Positions 19,138 through 30,200 of a stretch of 64,000 nucleotides of DNA are shown one piece after another. This DNA comes from Candidatus Dojkabacteria bacterium (GTDB taxonomy: Bacteria > Patescibacteriota > Dojkabacteria > SC72). The translations under genes were made by a program, and so were the position numbers. Every line of letters starts with the position of its first letter. The stretch's first letter is position 1. Location: the NCBI GenBank assembly GCA_035271645.1, contig DATERJ010000012.1, positions 93,551 through 157,550 on the forward strand, read 5' to 3'. The notes beneath the pieces were generated by a model that saw only the letters and a program-made list of their open reading frames with translations, ran no database searches and was not told the origin of the DNA.

Positions 19138-19794
19138 TATTCGATACCCTATCCCCGATACAGTTTCAATAATTTCTTCTTCACAATGTCCTAACTTTTT
19201 TCTTAATCTACATATTAGTGTGTCAATACAGTGTAGACTTCTCTCTTCATAGTTAATATTTAATCTTTTTAAAATGTTTTCTCTTGTACATACATGTCCA
19301 TCTGATTCTAATAGATACTCTAGGCAGATTTTTTCCATTTTAGTCAGAGAGATTTCTTTGTTCTTTCTTCTAACTACTCCTTTTGTGATATCGATGAGAA
19401 CATTCTTTGTTTTGAAGATGTTGTTTTTACAATCAGGTACAAGGTTCTCAATTTGAATACCTAAGAGTTCGAAGCAGATAGGTTTTTTGTGGAAGATGTT
19501 AACTCCTTTTTTGTAAATATTTATTTCTTTTTCAATATCTTTGGGTTGTGAAATTGCGATAATGGATAGGTTTTTCTTTACCTCCTTTATTTTTTCAACA
19601 ACCTTTAACCCACATATATCTGGTAATCCAATATCTATGATTGCAAGGCAGATGTCATTTTCTATTCCTAACCTTATACCGTCGCTTCCGTTACATGTAC
19701 ACACTACTTTGTATCCTTGCTTTTTGAGGTACTTTTCTAAAACAAATATTAAACCTGGACTGTCCTCTACAATAAGTATTTCCTTCTTATACAT
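19117..19794 (-). CDS. OmpR-family response regulator
   Basis: ILIVED, DIGLP, KP, RLRKKL, IETVSGIGY. Confidence 0.9.
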   Translation of the reverse strand: MYKKEILIVEDSPGLIFVLEKYLKKQGYKVVCTCNGSDGIRLGIENDICLAIIDIGLPDICGLKVVEKIKEVKKNLSIIAISQPKDIEKEINIYKKGVNIFHKKPICFELLGIQIENLVPDCKNNIFKTKNVLIDITKGVVRRKNKEISLTKMEKICLEYLLESDGHVCTRENILKRLNINYEERSLHCIDTLICRLRKKLGHCEEEIIETVSGIGYRILIPRDY

Positions 19795-19828
19795 ACACCA
19801 ATATACAACAAAGGATATTACAAAGTTG

Positions 19829-19954
19829 TTACAATTCCTCTTCTTCCTCTTCTCTCCTTTCTTCTCCTTTGTCTTTAGGTATGAGAAAGGAGATTAACAG
19901 AAGTATTAGGAGCATTGTAGGAAAAGCGATTACTATCAACCAAAGGTAATTCAT
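19829..19954 (-). CDS. 41-aa single-TM protein with acidic tail (not in ORF track)
   Basis: Own translation MNYLWLIVIAFPTMLLILLLISFLIPKDKGEERREEEEEEL; fills gap in same-strand operon. Confidence 0.6.
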   Translation of the reverse strand: MNYLWLIVIAFPTMLLILLLISFLIPKDKGEERREEEEEEL

Positions 19955-19971
19955 GGAATAGTTGACTTAAA

Positions 19972-20301
19972 TTATTTCTCTTCCTCTTTTTTCTTTTTAG
20001 GTTTCTTTGTAAATATGAAGATGCCAGCAAAGAAAATGATAGAAGAGGTTAAAATTAGATAGAAAGAGAATGAGTCTCCGACTAATCCGAATTGATTAAC
20101 TATATTTCCCCCTTGGGCAAGGACAGAAACACTTGCAAAGAATACTGTTAATAAATTAATGAATGCTAGTTGTTTTACATCCAGTTTTTTATATAAGAAT
20201 ATGAGGACTAAAAAGTTAAAAAGGACAATGAGGGAGAGAGCTATTAAAGGTGTTCTAAAATGTGTTAATACCAATGTATGTTCGTTTGTGAGTGTATCCA
20301 T
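19972..20301 (-). CDS. Hypothetical 3-TM membrane protein
   Basis: Hydrophobic ORF; ATG 20301 avoids overlap with queH. Confidence 0.6.
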   Translation of the reverse strand: MDTLTNEHTLVLTHFRTPLIALSLIVLFNFLVLIFLYKKLDVKQLAFINLLTVFFASVSVLAQGGNIVNQFGLVGDSFSFYLILTSSIIFFAGIFIFTKKPKKKKEEEK

Positions 20302-20318
20302 AATTAATTCATGTAAAT

Positions 20319-20885
20319 TTATTTGTATGATTCTATCATTTTCTCCACTAGTGAGAAACAACAGCCACAGTAATTCTGTTTGTAGAAACCACCATGCTTC
20401 TCATTTGAACCTGAATCTATTTCAACAACATTCAGTTCATATTTTTTTCTTAACTCATTGAGTATTGAAAGTATATTCTTTTTTGATTGATAATGGCTAG
20501 TTAGTAGTGTTGTTGTAACATTCTCAATATTATTCTCTTTTGCATATCTTAATGAATACTCAAGTCTTAATCTCCAACACTTCATACACCTCTCTCCTAC
20601 TTCTCTATCTCCTTTCATTATCTCTCCCATATATTCTTTTGGTGAATAGTTGGGTATTACAAGTTTGATATTCCATTTCTCTTGTAATTGAGGAAGTATT
20701 TTTTGTACAGCTTTTAATCTTTCTAAATATTCTGTTCTAGGATGAATGTTGGGGTTGTAAAAGAGGGAGGTTATCTCAGTTTTACTGTTAATTAACTTCT
20801 TATCCTCTAGATTAAGTAATGCATTAAGTAAGCAATCAGCACAGCATGTATGTATTAGTAAGTTTTTCATATTTGATTTTATCAT
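20319..20885 (-). CDS. queH: Epoxyqueuosine reductase QueH
   Basis: HTCCADC, YNPNIHP..EY..R, RCxxC..LRL, YKQNYCGC.FS. Confidence 0.88.
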   Translation of the reverse strand: MIKSNMKNLLIHTCCADCLLNALLNLEDKKLINSKTEITSLFYNPNIHPRTEYLERLKAVQKILPQLQEKWNIKLVIPNYSPKEYMGEIMKGDREVGERCMKCWRLRLEYSLRYAKENNIENVTTTLLTSHYQSKKNILSILNELRKKYELNVVEIDSGSNEKHGGFYKQNYCGCCFSLVEKMIESYK

Positions 20886-21032
20886 ATAAAGTGACTTGCG
20901 AACTTTTTAAATTAGAGTGCTTGGTGTATAATGAAGGCCCTGTTGAAAAAGAGATGGTAGAATTTCTTTTTAGCAGAAAGAAGATATATTAACTTCTGTT
21001 GAATACTCCCCTATTCAATGTTTTGATTAAAT

Positions 21033-21506
21033 ATGGAGAATATAGTAGAGGAATATTTTGACCAAACAGATACAGATGATTTGTTTGTACGTCCAATTCT
21101 GTTTGTTGGAGAGAATAGGAGCAATATGGCTCAAGAGAAGGACTGGAGTTGGGAAAGATGTCAACTGGAGAAGAAACCTAGGAATTGTGCTAATCAGCTT
21201 TTTGATGCTTTAGAATATTGTGGTATAGATCCATATGATATTTCAAAGATACATTTTATCAACGCCTTTGAAGATGACCTTACTGAGTGGGTGGTGAATG
21301 AAGATTTGCATGACATTTTTCGTTTTTACTGCGAATCTGGTTTTGCGATAGTTTCTTTAGGAAATCGAGTTCACAGACATTTGGAGGAAATTGATATACC
21401 ACATATTCAATTAATACATCCTGCTGCAAGGGGAAAGATAAGGAAGAAGGAGAATTATAGAGAGCATGTAAGAGAGAGACTATTTGAAGGTTTGACTCAT
21501 TGGTAG
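21033..21506 (+). CDS. Hypothetical protein, possibly uracil-DNA-glycosylase-like fold
   Basis: LFVGE, FIN, VSLG, LIHPA motif order. Confidence 0.45.
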   Translation: MENIVEEYFDQTDTDDLFVRPILFVGENRSNMAQEKDWSWERCQLEKKPRNCANQLFDALEYCGIDPYDISKIHFINAFEDDLTEWVVNEDLHDIFRFYCESGFAIVSLGNRVHRHLEEIDIPHIQLIHPAARGKIRKKENYREHVRERLFEGLTHW

Positions 21507-21635
21507 TTCCCCTGTTTACATTCTCCAATTTATGGTATAATTAAAATAGCTATGGAAGCTTTCTGTGATAGACTGCTTAGAGTGTAATCTCCCATATTTA
21601 TGGTGTAGCAAATTTAATTTTTATTTATATAAATA

Positions 21636-21896
21636 ATGGGTAAAAAGTTATTTGTAGGCAACCTCAGCTGGAACGTTAGAGACGAGGAGTTGAAGGAAGC
21701 ATTTGCTCCATTTGGTACTGTTGAAGAAGCAGTCGTTATCATGGATAGAATGAAGAACAGATCTAAAGGATTTGGCTTTGTTACAATGTCCACAGAGGAT
21801 GAAGCACAGAAAGCAATGACTGAAATGGATGGTAAAGAGATTGATGGTAGACCTGTCAATGTCTCATTGGCCAGAGAAGAGAAAAAGGAAGAGTAA
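21636..21896 (+). CDS. RRM RNA-binding protein
   Basis: LFVGNL (RNP2), KGFGFV (RNP1). Confidence 0.95.
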   Translation: MGKKLFVGNLSWNVRDEELKEAFAPFGTVEEAVVIMDRMKNRSKGFGFVTMSTEDEAQKAMTEMDGKEIDGRPVNVSLAREEKKEE

Positions 21897-21918
21897 TCCT
21901 TTTTAATCTAGGAATTGC

Positions 21919-21950
21919 AGAGGGGGTAGAAATACCTCCTCTTTTTTTTT
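21919..21950 (+). terminator. Intrinsic terminator
   Basis: AGAGGGGGTA-gaaa-TACCTCCTCT followed by T run. Confidence 0.8.
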
Positions 21951-21970
21951 GTATATGTACGACTTTTTTA

Positions 21971-22155
21971 GGGTCTGCTTTAAGGTCTGACCTAGGTCTG
22001 TCCTCCATTTTCCTTAGCTATCTACCTACTTATCAAGGTTTGTTGGTTTGGACACTTCTGATTTCGGCTTACAAAGTTCAACCGAAATACGACGCCGTGG
22101 ACTAGGAAACGGTTGTACAATGTGAAAACCGAAGGGAATTTAAGGTCTGACCTAG
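21971..22155. repeat. REP-like palindromic repeats AGGTCTGACCT
   Basis: TAAGGTCTGACCTAG at 21981 and 22141 plus degenerate copies at 21971 and 21994. Confidence 0.6.
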
Positions 22156-22170
22156 ACCAGATCCTTAGGG

Positions 22171-24081
22171 CTATTCCTCTGCGTTTAGCTTGTCGAGCTG
22201 TTGTTTTGCATAGAAGGTGAGGTTCTCTCTCTTTGCCCATATCCTTTCGGTACTTTTAAGAAGCTTCTTTCTAAGTCGGATATGCTTAGGTGTTACCTCT
22301 ATCAACTCGTCATCTTTTATAAATGACAATGCATATTCAATGGTAAGTTGGATTGGTGTTTTAAGTGCAATCTCTGTCACCTGTGCATGGGACATCCTAA
22401 CATTTGTCTTATGCCTCTCCTTACATGGGTTTACCTCTATATCATCCGTTGTGTTAGTAACACCAATTATCATACCCTCATATACCTCTGTTGAACCTGA
22501 TATAAAGAGTCTACCTCTCTCTTGAACACTCATAAGGGCATATGCAAGAGCTGTACCAGTCTCTGATGATATGATAACTCCTTTTCTAAATAGTTCATCT
22601 CCTTTCTCATGAGGGACATATTCTAAAACAGCACTGTTGATAATGGCAGTACCCTTTGTTGCTGTCATTAAGTTCCTATGCAACCCAATTAAATTCCTAG
22701 TTAGAATATGATATGTAAACCTACTCTGTCCCTCTTCACTCTCCATATTAACCATCTTTCCTTTTCTCCCACTAACTTCTTCTGTAATTGCACTTAGGTA
22801 TTCTTCTGGTGCATCAATGATTAACTCCTCTAATGGCTCACACTCTACACCATCAATGTTTTGCAAAATAACCTCAGGCTTTCCTAATTCAAACTCATAT
22901 CCTTCTCTTCTTAACTGTTCAACCAAGATTGCAAGTTGTAGTTCCCCTCTTCCAGAAACATAGTGGGCATTTGCACCTTTACTTTCAATCTTTAGACTAA
23001 TATTTAACCTTTTCTCTTGGTCTAACCTCTGTTGTAATTGTTTTGCAGTAACGAACTTACCTTCTTTTCCAACAAATGGAGATGTGTTAGCAGAGAACTT
23101 TACTCTAACTGTTGGAGGTGTAATCTTAATATCAGGCAATGGCTCTGGATTATCAACACTACAAAGTGTGGCACCAATATCTGTAGAATCAATACCAGTA
23201 ACTGCAACAATCTCCCCTACTCCAGCTTCATTAATTGGAGTCCATTCTAACCCAACTTTAGTAAAAAGCTCATTAACTCTTCCCTGTTTCTTTTCAAAAT
23301 CTTCTTGGTTAGAAACAAGAACAATTGGATCTCCTACCTTTACTTTTCCATTTGATATCTTTCCAATCAAGTATCTTCCTAGATGTTCATCATATTCAAT
23401 ACTTGTTATCTGCATCTGAAATGGTTTGTTAATATCCCCACTTGGTGCAGGAAGGTTTGTAACTATCTCATCTAATATTGGAGTTAGATCTCCACTTGTG
23501 GTTTCTGGTACTGTTAAATCTCCTTTTGGCATCTCTTTGAAAACTTTTCCTTCTCTGGAGATACCATAATATATTGGGAAGTCTAATTGTTCTTCTTTGG
23601 TAGCTAATGAAAGGAAAAGATCATTGATTTTAGATGTTGTCTTTTCAATGTTAGCTAGCTTCTTATCTATCTTGTTAATTATCACAACTGGCTTTAATCC
23701 TAACTCTAATGCCTTCTTAAGAACAAACTTTGTTTGAGGCATCGTTCCTTCTTTTGCATCTACAAGTAGAAGACAACTATCTGCCATATTAAGAGTTCTT
23801 TCTACCTCTCCACCAAAGTCAGAGTGTCCGGGTGTGTCAATAATGTTTATCTTTACTCCTTTGTATTTAATAGCGATATTCTTTGCATTGATTGTAATAC
23901 CTTTCTCTTTTTCTAGTTCTCCTTTGTCTAGTATTCTTGTTTGTTTCATCTCCTCTTGGTTATCTCTAAAGAGGTGTGTTTGCTTCATGAAGGCATCAAC
24001 CAAGGTTGTTTTGCCATGGTCTACATGTGCGATGATAGCAATGTTTCTTAGGTTGTTTTTGTCATTCATATTCTCTGACAT
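22171..24081 (-). CDS. typA: Ribosome-associated GTPase TypA/BipA
   Basis: RNIAIIAHVDHGKTT, DTPGHSDFGGEVER, SGRGEL, VTPKHIRLRK. Confidence 0.96.
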   Translation of the reverse strand: MSENMNDKNNLRNIAIIAHVDHGKTTLVDAFMKQTHLFRDNQEEMKQTRILDKGELEKEKGITINAKNIAIKYKGVKINIIDTPGHSDFGGEVERTLNMADSCLLLVDAKEGTMPQTKFVLKKALELGLKPVVIINKIDKKLANIEKTTSKINDLFLSLATKEEQLDFPIYYGISREGKVFKEMPKGDLTVPETTSGDLTPILDEIVTNLPAPSGDINKPFQMQITSIEYDEHLGRYLIGKISNGKVKVGDPIVLVSNQEDFEKKQGRVNELFTKVGLEWTPINEAGVGEIVAVTGIDSTDIGATLCSVDNPEPLPDIKITPPTVRVKFSANTSPFVGKEGKFVTAKQLQQRLDQEKRLNISLKIESKGANAHYVSGRGELQLAILVEQLRREGYEFELGKPEVILQNIDGVECEPLEELIIDAPEEYLSAITEEVSGRKGKMVNMESEEGQSRFTYHILTRNLIGLHRNLMTATKGTAIINSAVLEYVPHEKGDELFRKGVIISSETGTALAYALMSVQERGRLFISGSTEVYEGMIIGVTNTTDDIEVNPCKERHKTNVRMSHAQVTEIALKTPIQLTIEYALSFIKDDELIEVTPKHIRLRKKLLKSTERIWAKRENLTFYAKQQLDKLNAEE

Positions 24082-24257
24082 ACCAGCGGTGATTCTATCA
24101 CTGTTTTTGGTTTATGGAAAGGTGGTTACAATGAGGTATACATGGGTATTGCAAATCTATGGGACATTTGGTATAATTCGGTAATAATTAATTTAAATTA
24201 GGTGTGTTGTCTTTACATACCATTAGATAATATTTATTAATTTTTAATTACAAATTA

Positions 24258-27200
24258 ATGAAGTTCAACAAAAAATCTTTTTGGAAGTCTTTGTACAAGA
24301 TTTCGACAGTCCTATTTTTAGTAGGATATAACTTTGCCCCTGTTGCTTTAGCAGCTGAAGAAATTTCTAACCTTGAACCTGATTCTAATCAATCGGTATC
24401 TGTTACAACCGAAGATACTAGTGAAGACATTCTTGATGAAGGTATATCTAACCCAGAGGGAATTGCTAAAGGAGAGAATGTAAAAGGGGAAGAAGCACAG
24501 AAATCAGTTTCATTGCAAGACACTGTATCTAAGAAAGAGAATGACAGTCAAACGAAAATAGAACTCAAAGCTTCTCCTATGGGAAATTCTGATTTTATTA
24601 ATATCACTTCTGTTACTGTTGATAACCAGTCACACACCACTGTTGTACGTCCGGGCACAGTCAGAGTAAGGGTAGATGCTACAAAGAATATCCCTTGGGG
24701 ATCTACTTATTATAAGTTGAGTAACAACAAGTATGCATGTGTGGTTAAAAGTGATACAGAAGGCACAACACATGAGTTTGACCTTGATATTGGAATGGAT
24801 GTTGGACTTGGTGAATATGATTTGAGTATAACAGCTTACGAGAGATCGGATTGTTCTACAGGTTGGTTCTGGAATCCTAGTTACAAATCAGATACAAAAG
24901 TTCTAGCGAAAGCTGTTAAAGTACAAGATGCTCCTAACCCGTTACTAGGTCAAACTTGTGGCTTAGATATCTCTTTGGTTTTAGATACATCAGGTAGTAT
25001 CGGTTCGACAAAGCTTCAACAGATGAAAGAGGCTTTCTATCTGTTGATTGATTCCTTAAAAGGTACTCCTACTAGGTTCTCTTTAGTAGAGTTTAATACT
25101 AAAGCATATGTGAGACAAGACTTTACTGATGATTTTGATTTAGTAAAAACTAAAATAGCACAATTCCAAAGTAGTGGTAGAACAAACTGGTACGATGCTC
25201 TTTTAAAGTCTGAAAGTACATTTGACCCAAGACTTGATAAAGCTGATTTAATAGTGTTCGCTTCTGACGGAAATCCAAACGAACCATCGAATGCATTAAA
25301 TAAAGCTATTGAACAAGCAAACTTAATCAAAGGTGATGATATAAGAATTTTAGGAATAGCAATTGGTATGAATGTGAACTTGAACAATATGAAAGCTATT
25401 ACTGGTCCAAATCTAAATACTGGTGATTTCCGAACATCAGATGTCATATCCGCTGATTTTGATACTCTTGCAGACCAGTTAGGTAAATTTGCAAGTGATA
25501 CTTGTGGTGGTTCAATTTCCATAAATAAGTATATTGGAAGTCTTGGAACAAAAGGTGGTGCAGGTTGGGAGTTTACAGTAACACCTTCTGACCCTCTTCT
25601 GAAATTGGTAACAGATGAGAATGGACAAGTTAACTCTGGAGAGTTATCTGTAGGAACATATTCTGTAATAGAAACCTCTTTAAGTGGTCATAATTTTGTT
25701 TCAGCTTCTTGTAAAAAGGGCAGTGGGATATTAGTTGGTCAACCTACTAAGAATGGTGTTAAGAATATTCCTGTTAATGCAGATGATATTATAACTTGTG
25801 ACTTTATTAACGACTTGTCATGTAAGGCTGGACAACATACATTAGAAGGACAGATAAAAGGAAATGGGTATACAACAGGGCAACTTTGTGCAGGTAGTGG
25901 TGCTTGTTGGGCAGAAGGTGATAATGTCCCCGCACGATTAACAATAACAGGATTAGAAGTTGGTACATCTTACTCTGCGATTGTATCTCACGATTTTGAA
26001 AATGCATACGGTAAAGTTGGTTATGTCAATTTTAACAATGTGCATAGTGGAAATAATACCGCGACAAACATCACTCTGTCAGAACCTACTATTGAAGGAA
26101 CAGGTCCGACAACAAAGAAGTACACGATTACATTTACTCCTACAAATAGTACAGTTCAGTTAGATTGGAATGCATTATTAAGTGATGAGGCTGGAGAATG
26201 GAGTGGTGGTTCATTACACTATCGATTGGAGGATGGGGTTTGTGGTGGTCTTGGTAAAAGAGAAATACCTATAAACCCAAATCAGATTCAAATAAAAGGT
26301 TCTATTAAACCTATCAAATCAAGTGAAAACAATATCAATCCAACACAGTGGTCATTTAACATCTCTGGTTTGGTAAATGTAAATAATGTTGCTAGTGGTG
26401 AAAAGGCTACAGGTTTACCTCTTGGTGATAAGAATGCAGATGCAACATATACAATAACTGAGACAGGATTAAGTGGATATGAATTAGTTTCTGTTAGTGA
26501 GCCTTGTGTTTTAGATGACGATGGAAAAGTCACTGTTACTTTAACTAAAGCTAATCCTGATGTTGAATGTACATTTGTTAATAAGTTAATGGTTGGAAAT
26601 ATCATTGTAAAGAAAGTAACAGAACCTTCTGGAAGTACAGAAGTATTTACATTTACTACAACTGGAACGGGGTATAATGGCTTTACTTTGACAGATGCAA
26701 CCTCAAATACTCAGACTTTAGTTCCTGGTACATATACAGTCTCCGAGTCTCTAACTGAGCTACAAAAAGATAGCTGGTATTTAAAGAGTTCTACTTGTGA
26801 TAGCTCTATCGTTGGGAAGTCACAGTCTCCTTCAAACTTGAATTTAGCAAGTGGTGAGACTGTGACTTGTACATTTACCAACACACAATATGGCTCTATC
26901 TCAGGTCATAAATGGAATGATGCAGACGGTTCTGATCTTACAACAGATGATAGGACAGGAGTTAAAAATTGGAGGATTTTCATAGATGAAAACGGAGATG
27001 AAAAATATGATGAAGGTGAGAAAGTTCTTCTAACTGATGAGAATGGCTTCTATAAATTCGAAGATCTCAAACCAGGTACATATGTAATTGTAGAAGATAT
27101 GAACTCTTTAGATGGGTGGTATGGCTTAAAGGAGGGTATCAGTCATACAGTATATGTAGGGCCAGGAAAGGATGTGGAAGATGTTGACTTTGTTAATGTT

Positions 27201-30200
27201 AAATATGGAAGCATTACAGTCTTAAAGAATGTTGATGGTAATGGAGATGGGGATTTAGATGATGAGGTTGATGTAAAAGGTTCAGACCAGTGGAATTGGA
27301 CAATTAATAGTGCTGATGCAGGTAAAACTGGAAGTACTCAGTCTAACTTAAAGACAGGTGAGTATATTATTAATGAAAAAGATGGTCCAGTAGGTTACTC
27401 TCTGGTTTCAGTAGAATGTACAGGTAGTGAAGGTATGAAAACAGATGCGGATGGTACAACTACAGTAAACCTAAAGTCAGGTGAAAATGTAACATGTACA
27501 TATACTAACGCAAGAGATACAGGCACATTGATTGTTGAGAAAATAGTTGTAGATGCTGATGGTGGAATTCTCCAAGCAAAAGACTTCTCATTTAAGGTTG
27601 ATATGATAAATGAGGATGAAAGTACTACAGAATATATTTCTCCTACTTACTTTACTCCAAATACAGAGAACCCTCTATCAGGTAAAAATACAATTACACT
27701 AGTTCCAACAGGTACCTACTCTATTACAGAAGTAGAGGCAAATCAGAGAGGATATACAACAACATATAGTGATAATTGTACTAATAATGTAAATATCCAA
27801 AAAGGGGACACAGTTACTTGTACTATTACTAATACGCCCAGTGCTCCAACATTGAAGATAGTTAAGGATGTTATTAATGATAATGGTGGTAATGCAACAA
27901 TATCAACCTTTGGTATTACATTAACAGATACACCATTAACATTTGGAGATGGAACACCTGTTAATGAGACTACTACTAGATATGAAGCTACTCCAACAGT
28001 TGTTGCTAATAAGACATATACCTTGTCAGAGTTAGATAAAACAAAAACAGGATATGAGCAAAAGAAACTTGAGTGTTTAGATACAGATACAAATACAAGA
28101 GTTGATAACAAAGGTGTATTTAGATTAAATCTTGGTCAAAACATAGAGTGTAAGATTGTAAATGATGATATCGTACCAGTATTAATTCTTGACAAGGAAG
28201 TCAATAACAAAGATCTTCCATGGTATTTAAGAAAATCAGCATCAGCTTGGACATTAACGGCTACTGGTCCTACTACATTAAGTGGTAAAGGTAGGAGTAA
28301 CTATGCAAATGATGTTCCGAGTGGAAAGAAATTCAAGGCTGGTACATATACTCTTTCAGAAACAAATATCCCAGGATTTAAATCAGTTAATGGTTGGGTT
28401 TGTAATGGTGTAGCTTTAGGAGAGGATAATAAGATAACTCTTGGGGTTGGAGATAGAGTTACTTGTAAGATTGTTAATGAAAGTGTTTACGGTAAGATAA
28501 TTGTCAAGAAGTTAGTTGAACCTAAAACAGATCCTACTTTGTTTACTTTTACAGGTGATGTGGCTGGAATAATTGGTCATAATGGAGAAATTTCAAAATA
28601 TGTAATTCCTGGAGAGTACTCTGTAACAGAAAAATCTAAAGATGGTTGGAATCTAAGAGATTTAACATGTACAGATCCTACAAATAACAGCTCTCAAGAT
28701 TCTACCAATAAGTATAAAGCAAACATCAATGTAGGAGATAATGAGACAGTCCGATGTACATTTACTAATGAAAAGTTAGGAATAATTTCTGGCTTCAAAT
28801 ATGAAGATAAAAATGGAAACGGAAAATGGGATGTTTTACCACTATTCTCAGAATTACCATTAAGAGGTTGGAGAATCTTCATTGATTTGAACAACGATGG
28901 TGTTCTAAATGTAGGAGAGCCATCTACCACAACAGATGTGTTTGGATCTTACACATTCACTAATCTACCAGTAGGAGGCACATATGTTGTTCGTGAAGTA
29001 CAGCAAGATGGTTGGACTCAAACAACTGCAGATCCTGCTCCTATCACAATTGCAGCAGGAGATGTGAGATTGTTGGTCAACTTTGGTAACTTCAAAGATG
29101 CTACAATCAATGTAACTAAAGATGTTGTTGGAATTGACGGTAAAGCAAATGTTGCAGACACACATGAATTTACTGCACTTTTAAACGATGAAACAGTTGG
29201 TAAGATAATTGCAGAAGGAACCACAGCTACATACAAAGTAGCAAATGGTGCACATACAATAACAGAAGCAGAAGATGAGGACTACACATCTCTGGGTTGT
29301 TTCATTGGTGATGAAGAGTTTACTAATTACTCGGTAAAGAGTGGTCAAACATACAATGTAGTATGTAAGAATGCACAACTACCAGCAACACTAATCGTTA
29401 GAAAGAATGTAGTCAACAGCGAAGGAAAGGATGAGGGTGTGTTCTCAGATGATCAGTTTGATATTGTCTTGGGTGAAGAAACACAACAGATTGCGGATAC
29501 TGCAAATGGTAAACAACCAGCAATATTTGAAGGATTACAGCCAGGTGTTCATACATTCACAGAAACACCAAAAGAAGGATATATCTTCGAAGGATGTACA
29601 GATGATGGTGAGGTTACATTAGGAAGTAATCAAACTCTTGAAGTTGTATGTACCAACAAAGTAATTGATCCAATCCTTAAGATTGAAAAGAGTAATGATG
29701 CAGTAAGTTCATTGTTAGCAGGTGATATGGTTACATACACAATTACAGTAACAGCACCTATTGATGATATAGAGGAAGGTACATATGTTCTAAATAATGT
29801 AGTAGTCTCAGACATTGCTCCAGCAGGATTCAAATATATCCTTGGCTCATGGACAGTAGAGAAAAACAGTGTTGATATTACAGATGAAGTTCCAGAACCA
29901 ACATACAATGATACAAATGTAGCACAGTGGATGATTGGAGATATGAAAGAAGGGGATGTTGTAGTACTAACATACAGAACTAGAATCTCTCTCTTACAAG
30001 ATCCTGGTAACTATCCAGACATTGCATGGGTAGCAGGTACATCACTAATAGATGGTGCAGTACTAGGTGCTTCTACAGTAGACCCACTAACACCATTTGT
30101 AGGGACAGATGTAACAGTCATAGAGCCTGATATTGTAGAAGAAGGAGAAGTATTAGGTGCTTCCATCACCCTGCCAGATACAGGTGCAAGCACATATCTA

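Noticed and set aside
22022-22240. 72-aa ORF and the many other short antisense ORFs in the track
   Set aside because: Overlap confident genes or repeats and have no motifs; treated as shadow ORFs
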